From NCBI GenBank assembly GCA_964486045.1, contig CAZALK010000008.1:96001-160000 (forward strand): a DNA stretch of 64,000 nucleotides, written 5' to 3'. The notes below the pieces were generated by a model. That model did not search any database and was not told the origin of the DNA. It worked only from the letters and a program-made list of their open reading frames with translations. The DNA comes from an uncultured archaeon. GTDB taxonomy: Archaea > Asgardarchaeota > Lokiarchaeia > Sigyniarchaeales > SOKP01. Made by a program: the position numbers and the translations under genes. This document shows positions 1 through 8,847 of the stretch, piece by piece (within the stretch, counting starts at the first letter, position 1; the number at the start of each line of letters is the position of its first letter).

Positions 1-126
1 CTTGGTATTGCTCAATAAATTTACCACATAGAAAATTAGTGAAGTAAAATTCAAGCTAAAATTTTTCTTTAAATATGATAGGTTACAATTCTATACATTC
101 AGTATAAATCAAAAAAGAGATAGAAT

Positions 127-600
127 ATGAAAACAAAATTGAAGAAAAAGTCGTTAGAATTACTCCTTACGATATTGGGATGTGATCAAGAGATGTTAGA
201 ACTAGTCCTACATCTCTTTGAAAGGTTTAAAGCTGAGTTTGGGAAAGATATCCTACATAATGTTGTTAAGGATTTAAAGGAAACGGATGGGAGATGTCAT
301 TTTGAAAATTTAATACTAGGTGTTTTGTTGGAGGTATTAGATGAAATAAATAGAAAATATATGCTAGAGTTTGATTGCTCTTGCTTAGAACAAAAAAGGT
401 ATTATCAGAAGGATTATAATGGAGTTACGTACCCTTCCAGAAATATAATTATGTTGTTAGGAGGTAGCACTGATATTAATGCAAAAGAATGGTGTAGTAC
501 TATAACCCATGAAATATTACATTTTATCTTTTACAATTTTGGCATCGCCTACCAATGGATTAACGAAAGAATGGTAAAAAGTTTAATGAAAGATACTTAA
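127..600 (+). CDS. Hypothetical protein with HExxH motif (putative zincin-like metallopeptidase)
   Basis: 157-aa ORF; 'TITHEILHFIF' near the C-terminus. Confidence 0.5.
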   Translation: MKTKLKKKSLELLLTILGCDQEMLELVLHLFERFKAEFGKDILHNVVKDLKETDGRCHFENLILGVLLEVLDEINRKYMLEFDCSCLEQKRYYQKDYNGVTYPSRNIIMLLGGSTDINAKEWCSTITHEILHFIFYNFGIAYQWINERMVKSLMKDT

Positions 601-684
601 AAGTTTCTATAGCTAAATTTTAATATGTAACTTCATTAATCACTATGCAGCCAAGAGTATAAAAATATTCGGATATGATCGAAA

Positions 685-2061
685 TTGCCTATAAAATCCA
701 CCTTATTAGATACGTTTAAGAAAAACGTGGACGGTTTAAAGAGAAAGCAGTCAAAGTTTGTCTATGGGATAACGATTTCCTCATTCCAACCTTTCAATCC
801 AGAGAGGTTTCTCGTCGGTCGAGTTACTTTTCAACCTGTAGGGAAAGGAAATATTGACGTACCACTGTTAATAAGTAAATCCCTTGAAATTTTAAGAGAA
901 ACTACAGAATTTCTTTTTGATATATCAATTCAAAAAACTATAGCTCTCTTTAACGGAGATTTTTACGGTTTTTCTTATTTTGAGGATGAGACTTCCACTA
1001 AAAAAAAAGGCAAGGTTAGTTTTGAGTTAAAGGCTTTAATAGAAGATTCCTATCAAGATTGTTTCGTTATAGAATTACCAGAGTCCGACTTTAACTTTAA
1101 TGACACCAGACCAATATATGTCCAACTTCTAACGGCTTCATTGACAAAAAAAGAACGGGATAGTTCTGCTTGGCTTCATAATGCGAACATATCCGAAACT
1201 TATGATTTCGAAGAAGAGTTTTCATTGATGAGTCCCCGCCCTAGAAAGCCGCCTATTGCATTAGGATTGAACGATTTAGGTATGATTGAGGACATTGATC
1301 TTGAACACAGAGTTTTTATGGTAGAACACGAAACCGTATCCGAAATATCTAGAAGCAAATCACCAGATTTACAAGATAAAGTATTACAGGAGTTTAAGAT
1401 AAACAAACATATAACGTTAAAATTACTCGACAATGCAACATTAGGGAAGAAGTCAACACGTATTTTTATTGATAATAGTCCCTTTTTACAATGTATGTAT
1501 ATAATGTTAAATAATCCTCAAGAAAATCCCCTACAATCAGAAATTGATTCAATCGATGAGGCGACGGAAAAATTAGATAGTCGATTAGAATTCTTCTTTA
1601 GTCCTCCCACCCCCATCTCCCCCGAGTCTATATTTTGGGCTCATTGCTCAAATCTCCAAGTATGGTATGAACTCGGATATGATTCCAGAATTCTTCACAG
1701 TAATTTATCTTTTCCACTTCTAAAGAAATTGGTTGATGTTGGAGATCCTAAAGCTAAACAAGTTTTTAAAGAAGAGATAGCGAAACGTATATTAGATCAA
1801 TATCTTCCTGTAACTATTTACTTGTTAGACGAACGATATTTGGATTATCTAAATGACTCTGAAATTGAATATATATTCCACACACTGTCTGAACAAATTA
1901 TGATTCCGAATTCTGAACTTAAAAACGAAAAATTTGCCAACGTTCTACTCAAAACTGGATCTTCCTATCTAAAGAAGGGCGTATATGCAGGACATCTAGC
2001 TATTGATCTATGTATAAAACTCAGAAACCTTCTTAACAGCCATCCTAGTAGGGAAAAATAA
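685..2061 (+). CDS. Hypothetical protein with C-terminal Lokiarchaeal FWxHCSNLQ domain (usually LRR-associated)
   Basis: EFKINKHITLKL...QC..I..IDE..EKLD...FWAHCSNLQVWYE.GYD.R.LH.NL.FPLL..L...GD..AKQVFK.EIA.R aligns with the N-terminus of the LRR protein at 55328-56599; TTG start uncertain. Confidence 0.75.
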   Translation: MPIKSTLLDTFKKNVDGLKRKQSKFVYGITISSFQPFNPERFLVGRVTFQPVGKGNIDVPLLISKSLEILRETTEFLFDISIQKTIALFNGDFYGFSYFEDETSTKKKGKVSFELKALIEDSYQDCFVIELPESDFNFNDTRPIYVQLLTASLTKKERDSSAWLHNANISETYDFEEEFSLMSPRPRKPPIALGLNDLGMIEDIDLEHRVFMVEHETVSEISRSKSPDLQDKVLQEFKINKHITLKLLDNATLGKKSTRIFIDNSPFLQCMYIMLNNPQENPLQSEIDSIDEATEKLDSRLEFFFSPPTPISPESIFWAHCSNLQVWYELGYDSRILHSNLSFPLLKKLVDVGDPKAKQVFKEEIAKRILDQYLPVTIYLLDERYLDYLNDSEIEYIFHTLSEQIMIPNSELKNEKFANVLLKTGSSYLKKGVYAGHLAIDLCIKLRNLLNSHPSREK

Positions 2062-2656
2062 GTATAAAGGATAAATAAAACCCTTTAAAATTTTCTATAA
2101 TAATTCTAAATCATCATTTATTATTGTAGTAACTCTTGTATTATCTACCAACCTTAGTCTTCTAGATAACCCAAGACCACACCCCCTGCACACTTTTCCT
2201 TCATAATCAATTATATTACCACAATTTTTTTATCTTTTTTAATAAATAATTAAAATTCTCATAATCTTTAAGTTATTGACAAATTTACGAAAATCAGTAA
2301 TTCTTTCGCCCATTTACAATTTAATTTCCTAAACTATTATATTTTTTAGGTGAAACATAAATCTTATAGGGAATTGGATTTTTGTCTTAAAACTCTTTCT
2401 CAATATCTCCTATAATGTTCGCGTCACCTTCTTTTTTCTTAAAGAGTTTTTATTTTTCTTGAAGTTCACTCCGAATGAACATAACAGTTACTAATTCCCC
2501 TAAAGGCTCATTATCACCGAGAATGGAAGACAGCTTCTCAAGGCTATACTTGATGAGTTGAGTTGAAATCATAAAATCTTCTGCCCCCAAACACAATTAA
2601 ATGGTTACAGTCATAAATAGCATTGAAGACAAACTCAAAGGTTGATGAAATAAATA

Positions 2657-3115
2657 ATGAGCAAGTCCAGACTAATTGATAGAGCAGAACAGCTAATAAA
2701 AAACAATCACGGAATCCTGTATAAACGATGTATTTCAATCTTAGAAACGGGGATAAAACGAGCCACAAATCTACTCGATTATTCCGATTTAGAGGATTTT
2801 GTGCCGATATTTGAGAAAAAATACATGCGATTAAAATTCCAACTTGAACAGGAAAATCGTCAAAGTAAAGAAAAAAAAATTCAAAACATAACCCTTCTAT
2901 TCAAGTCCTATACAAAAGAAATGCTATTCAAACAATTGGAGAACTGCACAAAAGAAAGCTTAAAGTTAAAGATAAAATGGGATTCACTCCGAAGAGATGA
3001 GAGAACTCAAAGAAAGGCTACTAGATCAAATCGAGTAGATGCAAATGCAAAAGAAATGATGTTGATTCAAGACGCACTTAATTCTCTTAAAAAAAATGGT
3101 TTGTCTCAAATTTAA
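2657..3115 (+). CDS. Hypothetical basic helical protein
   Basis: 152-aa ATG ORF, no recognisable motif. Confidence 0.55.
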   Translation: MSKSRLIDRAEQLIKNNHGILYKRCISILETGIKRATNLLDYSDLEDFVPIFEKKYMRLKFQLEQENRQSKEKKIQNITLLFKSYTKEMLFKQLENCTKESLKLKIKWDSLRRDERTQRKATRSNRVDANAKEMMLIQDALNSLKKNGLSQI

Positions 3116-3480
3116 AAAGTGTTAAAAATGATTGAAATAACAGAAAATAAGACTTTTGAGAATTTTATGGTAGATTATCATTATAGTAAAAACAGGAGTG
3201 ATTTTGTAATAATTAAAAACATTAATTCCGAACCTTATACCATTCTACATTTTTTTTAAATTCATTTTCCAAACCTTATAATCATTTGAATATTTAATTG
3301 AGGAATATGTGTCCCAATTCTCTCAGTTTAATTCAGATTTATTAGTATTACCTATTTTATTCTTTTATCCTTAGAAGGTACTCTTTCTTTTATAATTCAA
3401 TTCAAAAATCTTTCAATTTCAAAAAATCATCACTCTTATCTAACATATATAAGAAAGACTCTTTCTAAATCAAGAGAAAC

Positions 3481-3753
3481 ATGACTGAATTACGAACAGA
3501 AAATAAGTGGTTAGAAAGCCTCCACAACCTAATGCATAAAGCATATTCAAGAAGGAATTTAGTCCAGCTTGATAAGATAATAGAAGGTATTTCCAGCTTA
3601 ATAGAAGAAAACGCTAATTATCAGAGGAGAAATAAGGGGAAAAGGCTTAGGTCAGCAAAGTATGAAAGAAAGAAATATTTTGGCTTTATTGCTGAAATTC
3701 AAGATCTTCAGTACCGGATTAAGCAAAGAGCAGAAAAAAGGAAAGATTCTTAA
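3481..3753 (+). CDS. Hypothetical basic protein
   Basis: 90-aa ATG ORF, K/R-rich. Confidence 0.5.
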   Translation: MTELRTENKWLESLHNLMHKAYSRRNLVQLDKIIEGISSLIEENANYQRRNKGKRLRSAKYERKKYFGFIAEIQDLQYRIKQRAEKRKDS

Positions 3754-3796
3754 TAGTAATCAGTCGTAGTTTTATAGAAAATTAACAGGTGAAAGA

Positions 3797-3934
3797 ATGG
3801 AAAAATTAAATTTTAACAATTGGTTTAAAGGATTTTTAGAGGAAAAAGGACTTTCTAAGAAGATGAGTATTTCACATTTTCTGGAACATCTTGGAAATTG
3901 GATCATAACAGGTGAGGGTGAACTAACCAGATGA
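3797..3934 (+). CDS. Small hypothetical protein (45 aa), possibly a gene remnant
   Basis: AGGTGA RBS upstream; MEKLNFNNWFKGFLEEKGL...; ATGA overlap with the next ORF. Confidence 0.4.
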   Translation: MEKLNFNNWFKGFLEEKGLSKKMSISHFLEHLGNWIITGEGELTR

Positions 3935-4119
3935 CTGAGATCAAAACGCCAGAATATTGGGAAGAATTATCAAAGAAAGGAAATATCCAAAGCAAAATCA
4001 CTTTTGAAATTGAGGAGTCAATAAAGGAATACACGAAAAGATCCCCGTCGGAGATTTTCATTTCGCATAATTCTAGAAGCATATTTAGTGATGAGTTTAC
4101 CAATGAATTACTTTATTAA
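3931..4119 (+). CDS. Small hypothetical protein, possibly truncated
   Basis: 62-aa ORF, translationally coupled to 3797-3934; overlaps the 3' end of the convergent DUF47 gene. Confidence 0.4.
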   Translation: MTEIKTPEYWEELSKKGNIQSKITFEIEESIKEYTKRSPSEIFISHNSRSIFSDEFTNELLY

Positions 4120-4681
4120 TATAAATGAATGTTCTCGACAAATAATCCATCTCGTAATTATAAAGTCGATTTATAAGTTGCCATTCTTCTTTTCTCATCT
4201 TTCGCCGTTCTTCCTTGACTTCTTCACAAATATCATGAGCTTTACTTAAATCAGATCCTATTAATTTAACAGCATTTGAAAGCTTATTTGAAATTAATTT
4301 TAAAGATTTTAACACACTTCGAATTTGTAATTTAAATTTTTCATCCGGGAATACAGCTCTATAAAGGAGTAATTTGTTGGCTATAAATTCCCCGATGTTT
4401 TTAATTTCATTGATTTTAGCAAAGAGTTTTAGTCTATCTGCTTTTGAAAACATTAATTTTGACTTAAATATTTTAGATTCAAACCGTTTTTTAATTCTGA
4501 CTTCAGAAACGGATTCTATAACATACTGTAAATTTCTTTCAAAACTATCGAAATTCTCCTCCACAAGAAACTCAATTCCTTCAATTAGCTTTAAGTTTTG
4601 CTCATTGATCGCGTCCATAAATAAATGAGTTAAATCATCTATGTTTAGTTTATTTAACTCTTTCTCCTCTATCTCTCTCAT
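4097..4681 (-). CDS. DUF47/PhoU-like phosphate transport regulator, probably C-terminally truncated
   Basis: Two helical-bundle repeats (KADRLKLFAKINEIKNIGE; AHDICEEVKEE...EEWQLINRLY); the final helix of the second repeat appears missing. Confidence 0.6.
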   Translation of the reverse strand: MREIEEKELNKLNIDDLTHLFMDAINEQNLKLIEGIEFLVEENFDSFERNLQYVIESVSEVRIKKRFESKIFKSKLMFSKADRLKLFAKINEIKNIGEFIANKLLLYRAVFPDEKFKLQIRSVLKSLKLISNKLSNAVKLIGSDLSKAHDICEEVKEERRKMRKEEWQLINRLYNYEMDYLSRTFIYINKVIHW

Positions 4682-5016
4682 TTAAATCAAAAATAATTGC
4701 TATTTTATTAAGTATTAATTTCATGACTTTTAAGCAGAATGTTAATTATTTCTATAGATCTATATAGTTCACAAATTTTATTAATGGGTTATTAATCTTT
4801 AACAAATTTGTGGTAAAAAATTCAATCATTTATAATTTAGAAATGAATATGCAAAATTATTTTTCAATTTTTGCTAAATTATGAGTTATAAGGGTTCAAA
4901 ATTACGAATCTGTGGAATATTAATGGGTTAATAATTAACATTAATGCCTATTGATCAAAAAGAATTAATTTAAATATAAGTTCCATTGTAACTCATTTGT
5001 GTCAGAAGAAGAAATA

Positions 5017-5160
5017 ATGTCGGAAATCGCATATGATATAAGACTAGAAAAAAAATTGGATGAAGTTAAACTACAAATTTGGCTGAATGAGGAACTCCAG
5101 TTACAGCCTGAAAATTTACGTAACTCATTAATTGAGAAGTTTAATCAAATTAATTCTTAA
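5017..5160 (+). CDS. Small hypothetical protein (47 aa)
   Basis: MSEIAYDIRLEKKLDEVKLQIWLNEELQLQPENLRNSLIEKFNQINS*, followed by a T-rich tract; alternative GTG start at 4999. Confidence 0.35.
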   Translation: MSEIAYDIRLEKKLDEVKLQIWLNEELQLQPENLRNSLIEKFNQINS

Positions 5161-5391
5161 ACTTTCCCTTTTCTTTTGCTGTTGATTATATTCTCAGAGA
5201 ATCATAATAGCAGGAAGAATTTGGGAAGAGAATAGCTTTTATCTTTCCCACTGTATCTTTTTCTTCTAATTTATTGCACAAAGTAACATTTAGAAAAAAA
5301 AAAAATTTTAGAAATATTAAGTTAAGAATTAAATTAGTTTGGCACAAATTTTAGATTCGACCGAAACAAAATCATAAAAAAATTATTCAAA

Positions 5392-5453
5392 ACTATTTTG
5401 AACTAATAAATCGAGGTAAGTTACTATTTTGAACTAACAAGTCGAGTTTAATT
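5392..5453. repeat. Two-copy 31-bp imperfect tandem repeat
   Basis: actattttgaactaataaatcgaggtaagtt / actattttgaactaacaagtcgagtttaatt. Confidence 0.7.
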
Positions 5454-5514
5454 GTAACAACTTCTTTATTTCCACCTTAATTTTAAGAATATTAATGTTT
5501 GCACTAGATAATCT

Positions 5515-6342
5515 TTATTTCCCTTGCCACACTGGTTTTTTCTTTTGAATTCTAGCCATAACACCGTTCATAAAATCTTTTGAAGTTAACAGTTGAGAAT
5601 TTACAAGTCCCTCCAATTCTAAACCAAATTCAAGATTTTGGCCATAAATATTATCAATTAGCTTCTTACCTAAACCTACTGCTAAAGGGGCACTCCCAAT
5701 TAATTCGTCAGAGTATTTTTTCACCAATGCGTCTAAATCTTCTCTACTTTTTGCTACACCGTTTACTACACCCATTCTAAATGCTTCAATGCCATCAAAA
5801 ATCCTACCGGTTAATGCGATATCTTTAGCATGCGATACACCACAGAGACGAGTAAGTCTTGTTGTCCCGGAAACATCAGGAATAATTCCTACCTTAACTT
5901 CTGGCATACTGAAGCTAGCATTTTCTAGGGAAAATCGGAAATCACAAGCAAGTGCTAACTCAAAACCAAGACCAAAGCAGAATCCTTCAATTCTTGCGAT
6001 GGATGGCTTCTCAATTTTCCCAATCTTTAATACTAAAGGATGAAATCTCGTATTTAAGAAATATCGGAAATGGGGTGGTGTATTCAAATCAGGACCTCTT
6101 TCCCCTCCAGAACTGTCTTGACCTGCTAGAGTCTTCAAGTCAATTCCCGCGCTAAAATAATCCGTAGCCCCTGTAATAATAATAACTCTTGTAGTTGAAC
6201 GTTCTGCTTTTTCAATTGCTTCTTCTAAACCGTTTATAACATCCCAATTTAACGCATTTCTTTTCTCTAAGCGATTCAATTTAATTGTTGTTATTGTTTG
6301 TTCATCATTTTCTTCGACTAACACATAATTTTTTTCACTCAT
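5515..6342 (-). CDS. Enoyl-CoA hydratase/isomerase (crotonase superfamily)
   Basis: LNRLEKRNAL, FSAGIDL, GFCFGLGFELALACDFR, MPEVKVGIIPD motifs; ATG at 6342 with GGAGTG RBS preferred over the ORF-track start 6456. Confidence 0.95.
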   Translation of the reverse strand: MSEKNYVLVEENDEQTITTIKLNRLEKRNALNWDVINGLEEAIEKAERSTTRVIIITGATDYFSAGIDLKTLAGQDSSGGERGPDLNTPPHFRYFLNTRFHPLVLKIGKIEKPSIARIEGFCFGLGFELALACDFRFSLENASFSMPEVKVGIIPDVSGTTRLTRLCGVSHAKDIALTGRIFDGIEAFRMGVVNGVAKSREDLDALVKKYSDELIGSAPLAVGLGKKLIDNIYGQNLEFGLELEGLVNSQLLTSKDFMNGVMARIQKKKPVWQGK

Positions 6343-6597
6343 TTTTTTCACTCCTAATGTTGATTCAATTTGAATTGAGTAATTAAGGGAATTAAAGTAA
6401 ATAGAAATAAAAGTATTGTTCAGAAGTCCAAAAAAAGTCTCAAATGTTAAATTCAAAGTCTGAATTCAATGAAAATTTCTAGATAATAAAATTAAAATGC
6501 ATTACAAAGATAATATTTTTTAAATTGAAAGCTATTATTAGTTATTAGATATTTTTAATTCTAGAAAGTAGTTCTTTAGAAAAAAAAGGTAATTTAA

Positions 6598-7248
6598 ATG
6601 ACTTTGTCAAATAATAAATCTACCGAAGATTGGTCGGTTGAAAAATTACAGAAATTGACTCGTGATGAATGTGTTGAATTATTTAAAACATTATTTCCCC
6701 CAGATTTTGAAGAATTAAATGGTGAATATGCTGCTACTTTACTAGGTGAGAATTTAGAGTACGGAGAATGGTATATGTATAAAACAGAATTAGGTCGCTG
6801 GTTAGGAAAGGCGTACACACCTACTCCTACAGAAGAAAGAACAGGTTTTAGAGGGGAAGGATACAATTTTTGGATCATCGATGGAAAAAAAGCTTATCAT
6901 TCTCGATTCGCAACTCATATAGGTGTTTCAGTAATAGACGAAAAACCAATATTCAGAATGCAATATGATGTTTTTAAAAGTTTTTATGGACAAGAAAGGA
7001 TGATAGATGAAATCCGTAGACTTAAACCAGGATTATACCTGTGCTTCGGAATGCCCAGACCAATTAATATACCTGGACCATTTTGTTTGTCAGGACCAAA
7101 AGAACCTTATAACAACAATCCTAAGTGGTATTTTGGGGATGAAGTCTCAAAACCGGTTAAACTTAAATTTTCATTTAAAGATTATCCCGATCCTGATGCA
7201 ATTAATACAAAAGAATTCAGAGAATATTGGAAAGATCATTTTGATTAA
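6598..7248 (+). CDS. Conserved hypothetical protein (weak resemblance to GXWXG/DUF4334-like proteins)
   Basis: LF..L.PPDFEELNGEY, GRWLGKAY, MIDEIRRL..GLYL motifs. Confidence 0.6.
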   Translation: MTLSNNKSTEDWSVEKLQKLTRDECVELFKTLFPPDFEELNGEYAATLLGENLEYGEWYMYKTELGRWLGKAYTPTPTEERTGFRGEGYNFWIIDGKKAYHSRFATHIGVSVIDEKPIFRMQYDVFKSFYGQERMIDEIRRLKPGLYLCFGMPRPINIPGPFCLSGPKEPYNNNPKWYFGDEVSKPVKLKFSFKDYPDPDAINTKEFREYWKDHFD

Positions 7249-7343
7249 TGATACTGAAGGTTATATTCTGTAGTTGAACCTATTTACATTTTTTCACAAT
7301 TTCCTTTGAAATTGTATCAGAAAGGCGAATAATTACAAATTAT

Positions 7344-8441
7344 TTAATTTGCTTCTACTTTTTTAGGAGGAATAAACACATCTCTTGGGCCAGTTCTTTT
7401 TAAGTGTATCGCATCATCAGAGCACTGACGAGTACATACCCCACATCCAATGCATTTTTCTGTGTTAACAATGGCTATATTATCTTCAGCATAAATTGTT
7501 TCCATTGGGCACATTTCAATGCAAGTTCCACATCCCACACATAATTCTTCATCTACTTCAGCAAGATAAGAAGATATAGTGTGTAATGGCATAAATCCAC
7601 CTCGGTACATCCCGATAATGCCGCAACAGCATTTGCAACAATTGCAAATGGCTTCTATACCTCGATTTATATCAGAATGCACGTGAATAACCTTATGAAT
7701 CAACCCTTGATCTTCCGCTTCTCGGAAAATTTTCATAGCTTCTTCTTTCGATACTTTTCTTCCAAAATTCTTATCTATCGCAAATACAGCACTCTTATCA
7801 AAAAGGAAGCAATTTTTCTTTGACGCGCCTAATTTACATGGATCATCTACGAGGTCTTTAGCATGGCGACAATAACAATGTGCTACAGCTATATCATCGT
7901 ATTCATCCACGTATTTTTTAACTTGTTCATATGGCATTACCATCTCGGTTCCAACTTCTACTTCTTGTTCAACGGGAAGTGTTCTATCAATTGCGGGTAA
8001 AGATTTAAACGTTTTGATGGTAGCCTCATAGTTCGCCTGAGTACCTCCTCTTAATTCTGAAAACTGTTTTGCAAATAACCGTGCTAACTTTTTATGTTTC
8101 TCATCTGTCTCTCCTCTTAAATTTGTGTACTCGAATATGCCTGGAAATGGGCCCATAAGCCTGTAAACCATCACTTCCGCGCTTCTACTCATTGCCCCGA
8201 TTATAATACCGTTGTACATTAGCTTATCAAGCATTTGAAGGATGTTTTCTTCATCCATCTCAGTTTTCTGTTTGATTTGCTCAAGTGTCATTGAAGGTTT
8301 TTTGAAGATCAACATGAATTTAGCTTGCTCTTCAGTTACTAGATTTTGGAGAATTTCTATTAGATATTCATTTACAGGAAAAGGAAAAATTCCTGCTTTT
8401 GCAACTGTTCTTGCTACTTTATACCAAAATTTATCGACCAT
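7344..8441 (-). CDS. 4Fe-4S dicluster protein with N-terminal HTH-like region and Cys-rich motif
   Basis: CYCR, CNCCKCCC, CVGCGTCIEMCP, CIGCGVCTRQC. Confidence 0.9.
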   Translation of the reverse strand: MVDKFWYKVARTVAKAGIFPFPVNEYLIEILQNLVTEEQAKFMLIFKKPSMTLEQIKQKTEMDEENILQMLDKLMYNGIIIGAMSRSAEVMVYRLMGPFPGIFEYTNLRGETDEKHKKLARLFAKQFSELRGGTQANYEATIKTFKSLPAIDRTLPVEQEVEVGTEMVMPYEQVKKYVDEYDDIAVAHCYCRHAKDLVDDPCKLGASKKNCFLFDKSAVFAIDKNFGRKVSKEEAMKIFREAEDQGLIHKVIHVHSDINRGIEAICNCCKCCCGIIGMYRGGFMPLHTISSYLAEVDEELCVGCGTCIEMCPMETIYAEDNIAIVNTEKCIGCGVCTRQCSDDAIHLKRTGPRDVFIPPKKVEAN

Positions 8442-8621
8442 TTAAATCCCTAAATCATGAATTACATTGCTTTTAAATTATATTTTAAAAAATTCCATAG
8501 TTTAATTATATTACGAGAAAATGTCATAAAGAAGGATATAATTGAGGTGAAATCCAAAAAATCCAAAGACTCATCTAAAATTTAACCTAGAGTTCTCTAT
8601 TACTAATATTATTGGTAAGAG

Positions 8622-8822
8622 ATGTGGGATGAAAAGATGGGAGAAAAAATCCAAGAAAGAATAGATTTGCTAGAGAATTATGTATCGCTTTTAGAAGCGA
8701 TCTTAAAAAATTATGGAATTCAGAATGAATCTAAACCTCTTAACCGTATTCAAGATAGAATTAGATCATATAAGCTTGAACTTCAAATACACAAAGATTA
8801 TCACTTTGAAAATTTAAATTGA
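8622..8822 (+). CDS. Small coiled-coil hypothetical protein
   Basis: 66-aa ORF filling the intergenic gap; heptad pattern. Confidence 0.45.
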   Translation: MWDEKMGEKIQERIDLLENYVSLLEAILKNYGIQNESKPLNRIQDRIRSYKLELQIHKDYHFENLN

Positions 8823-8847
8823 GTTTTAAAGAACAAAAATTATTATA

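Noticed and set aside
5392-5453. Possible mini-CRISPR array
   Set aside because: Two adjacent copies with no spacer and no cas genes in the window
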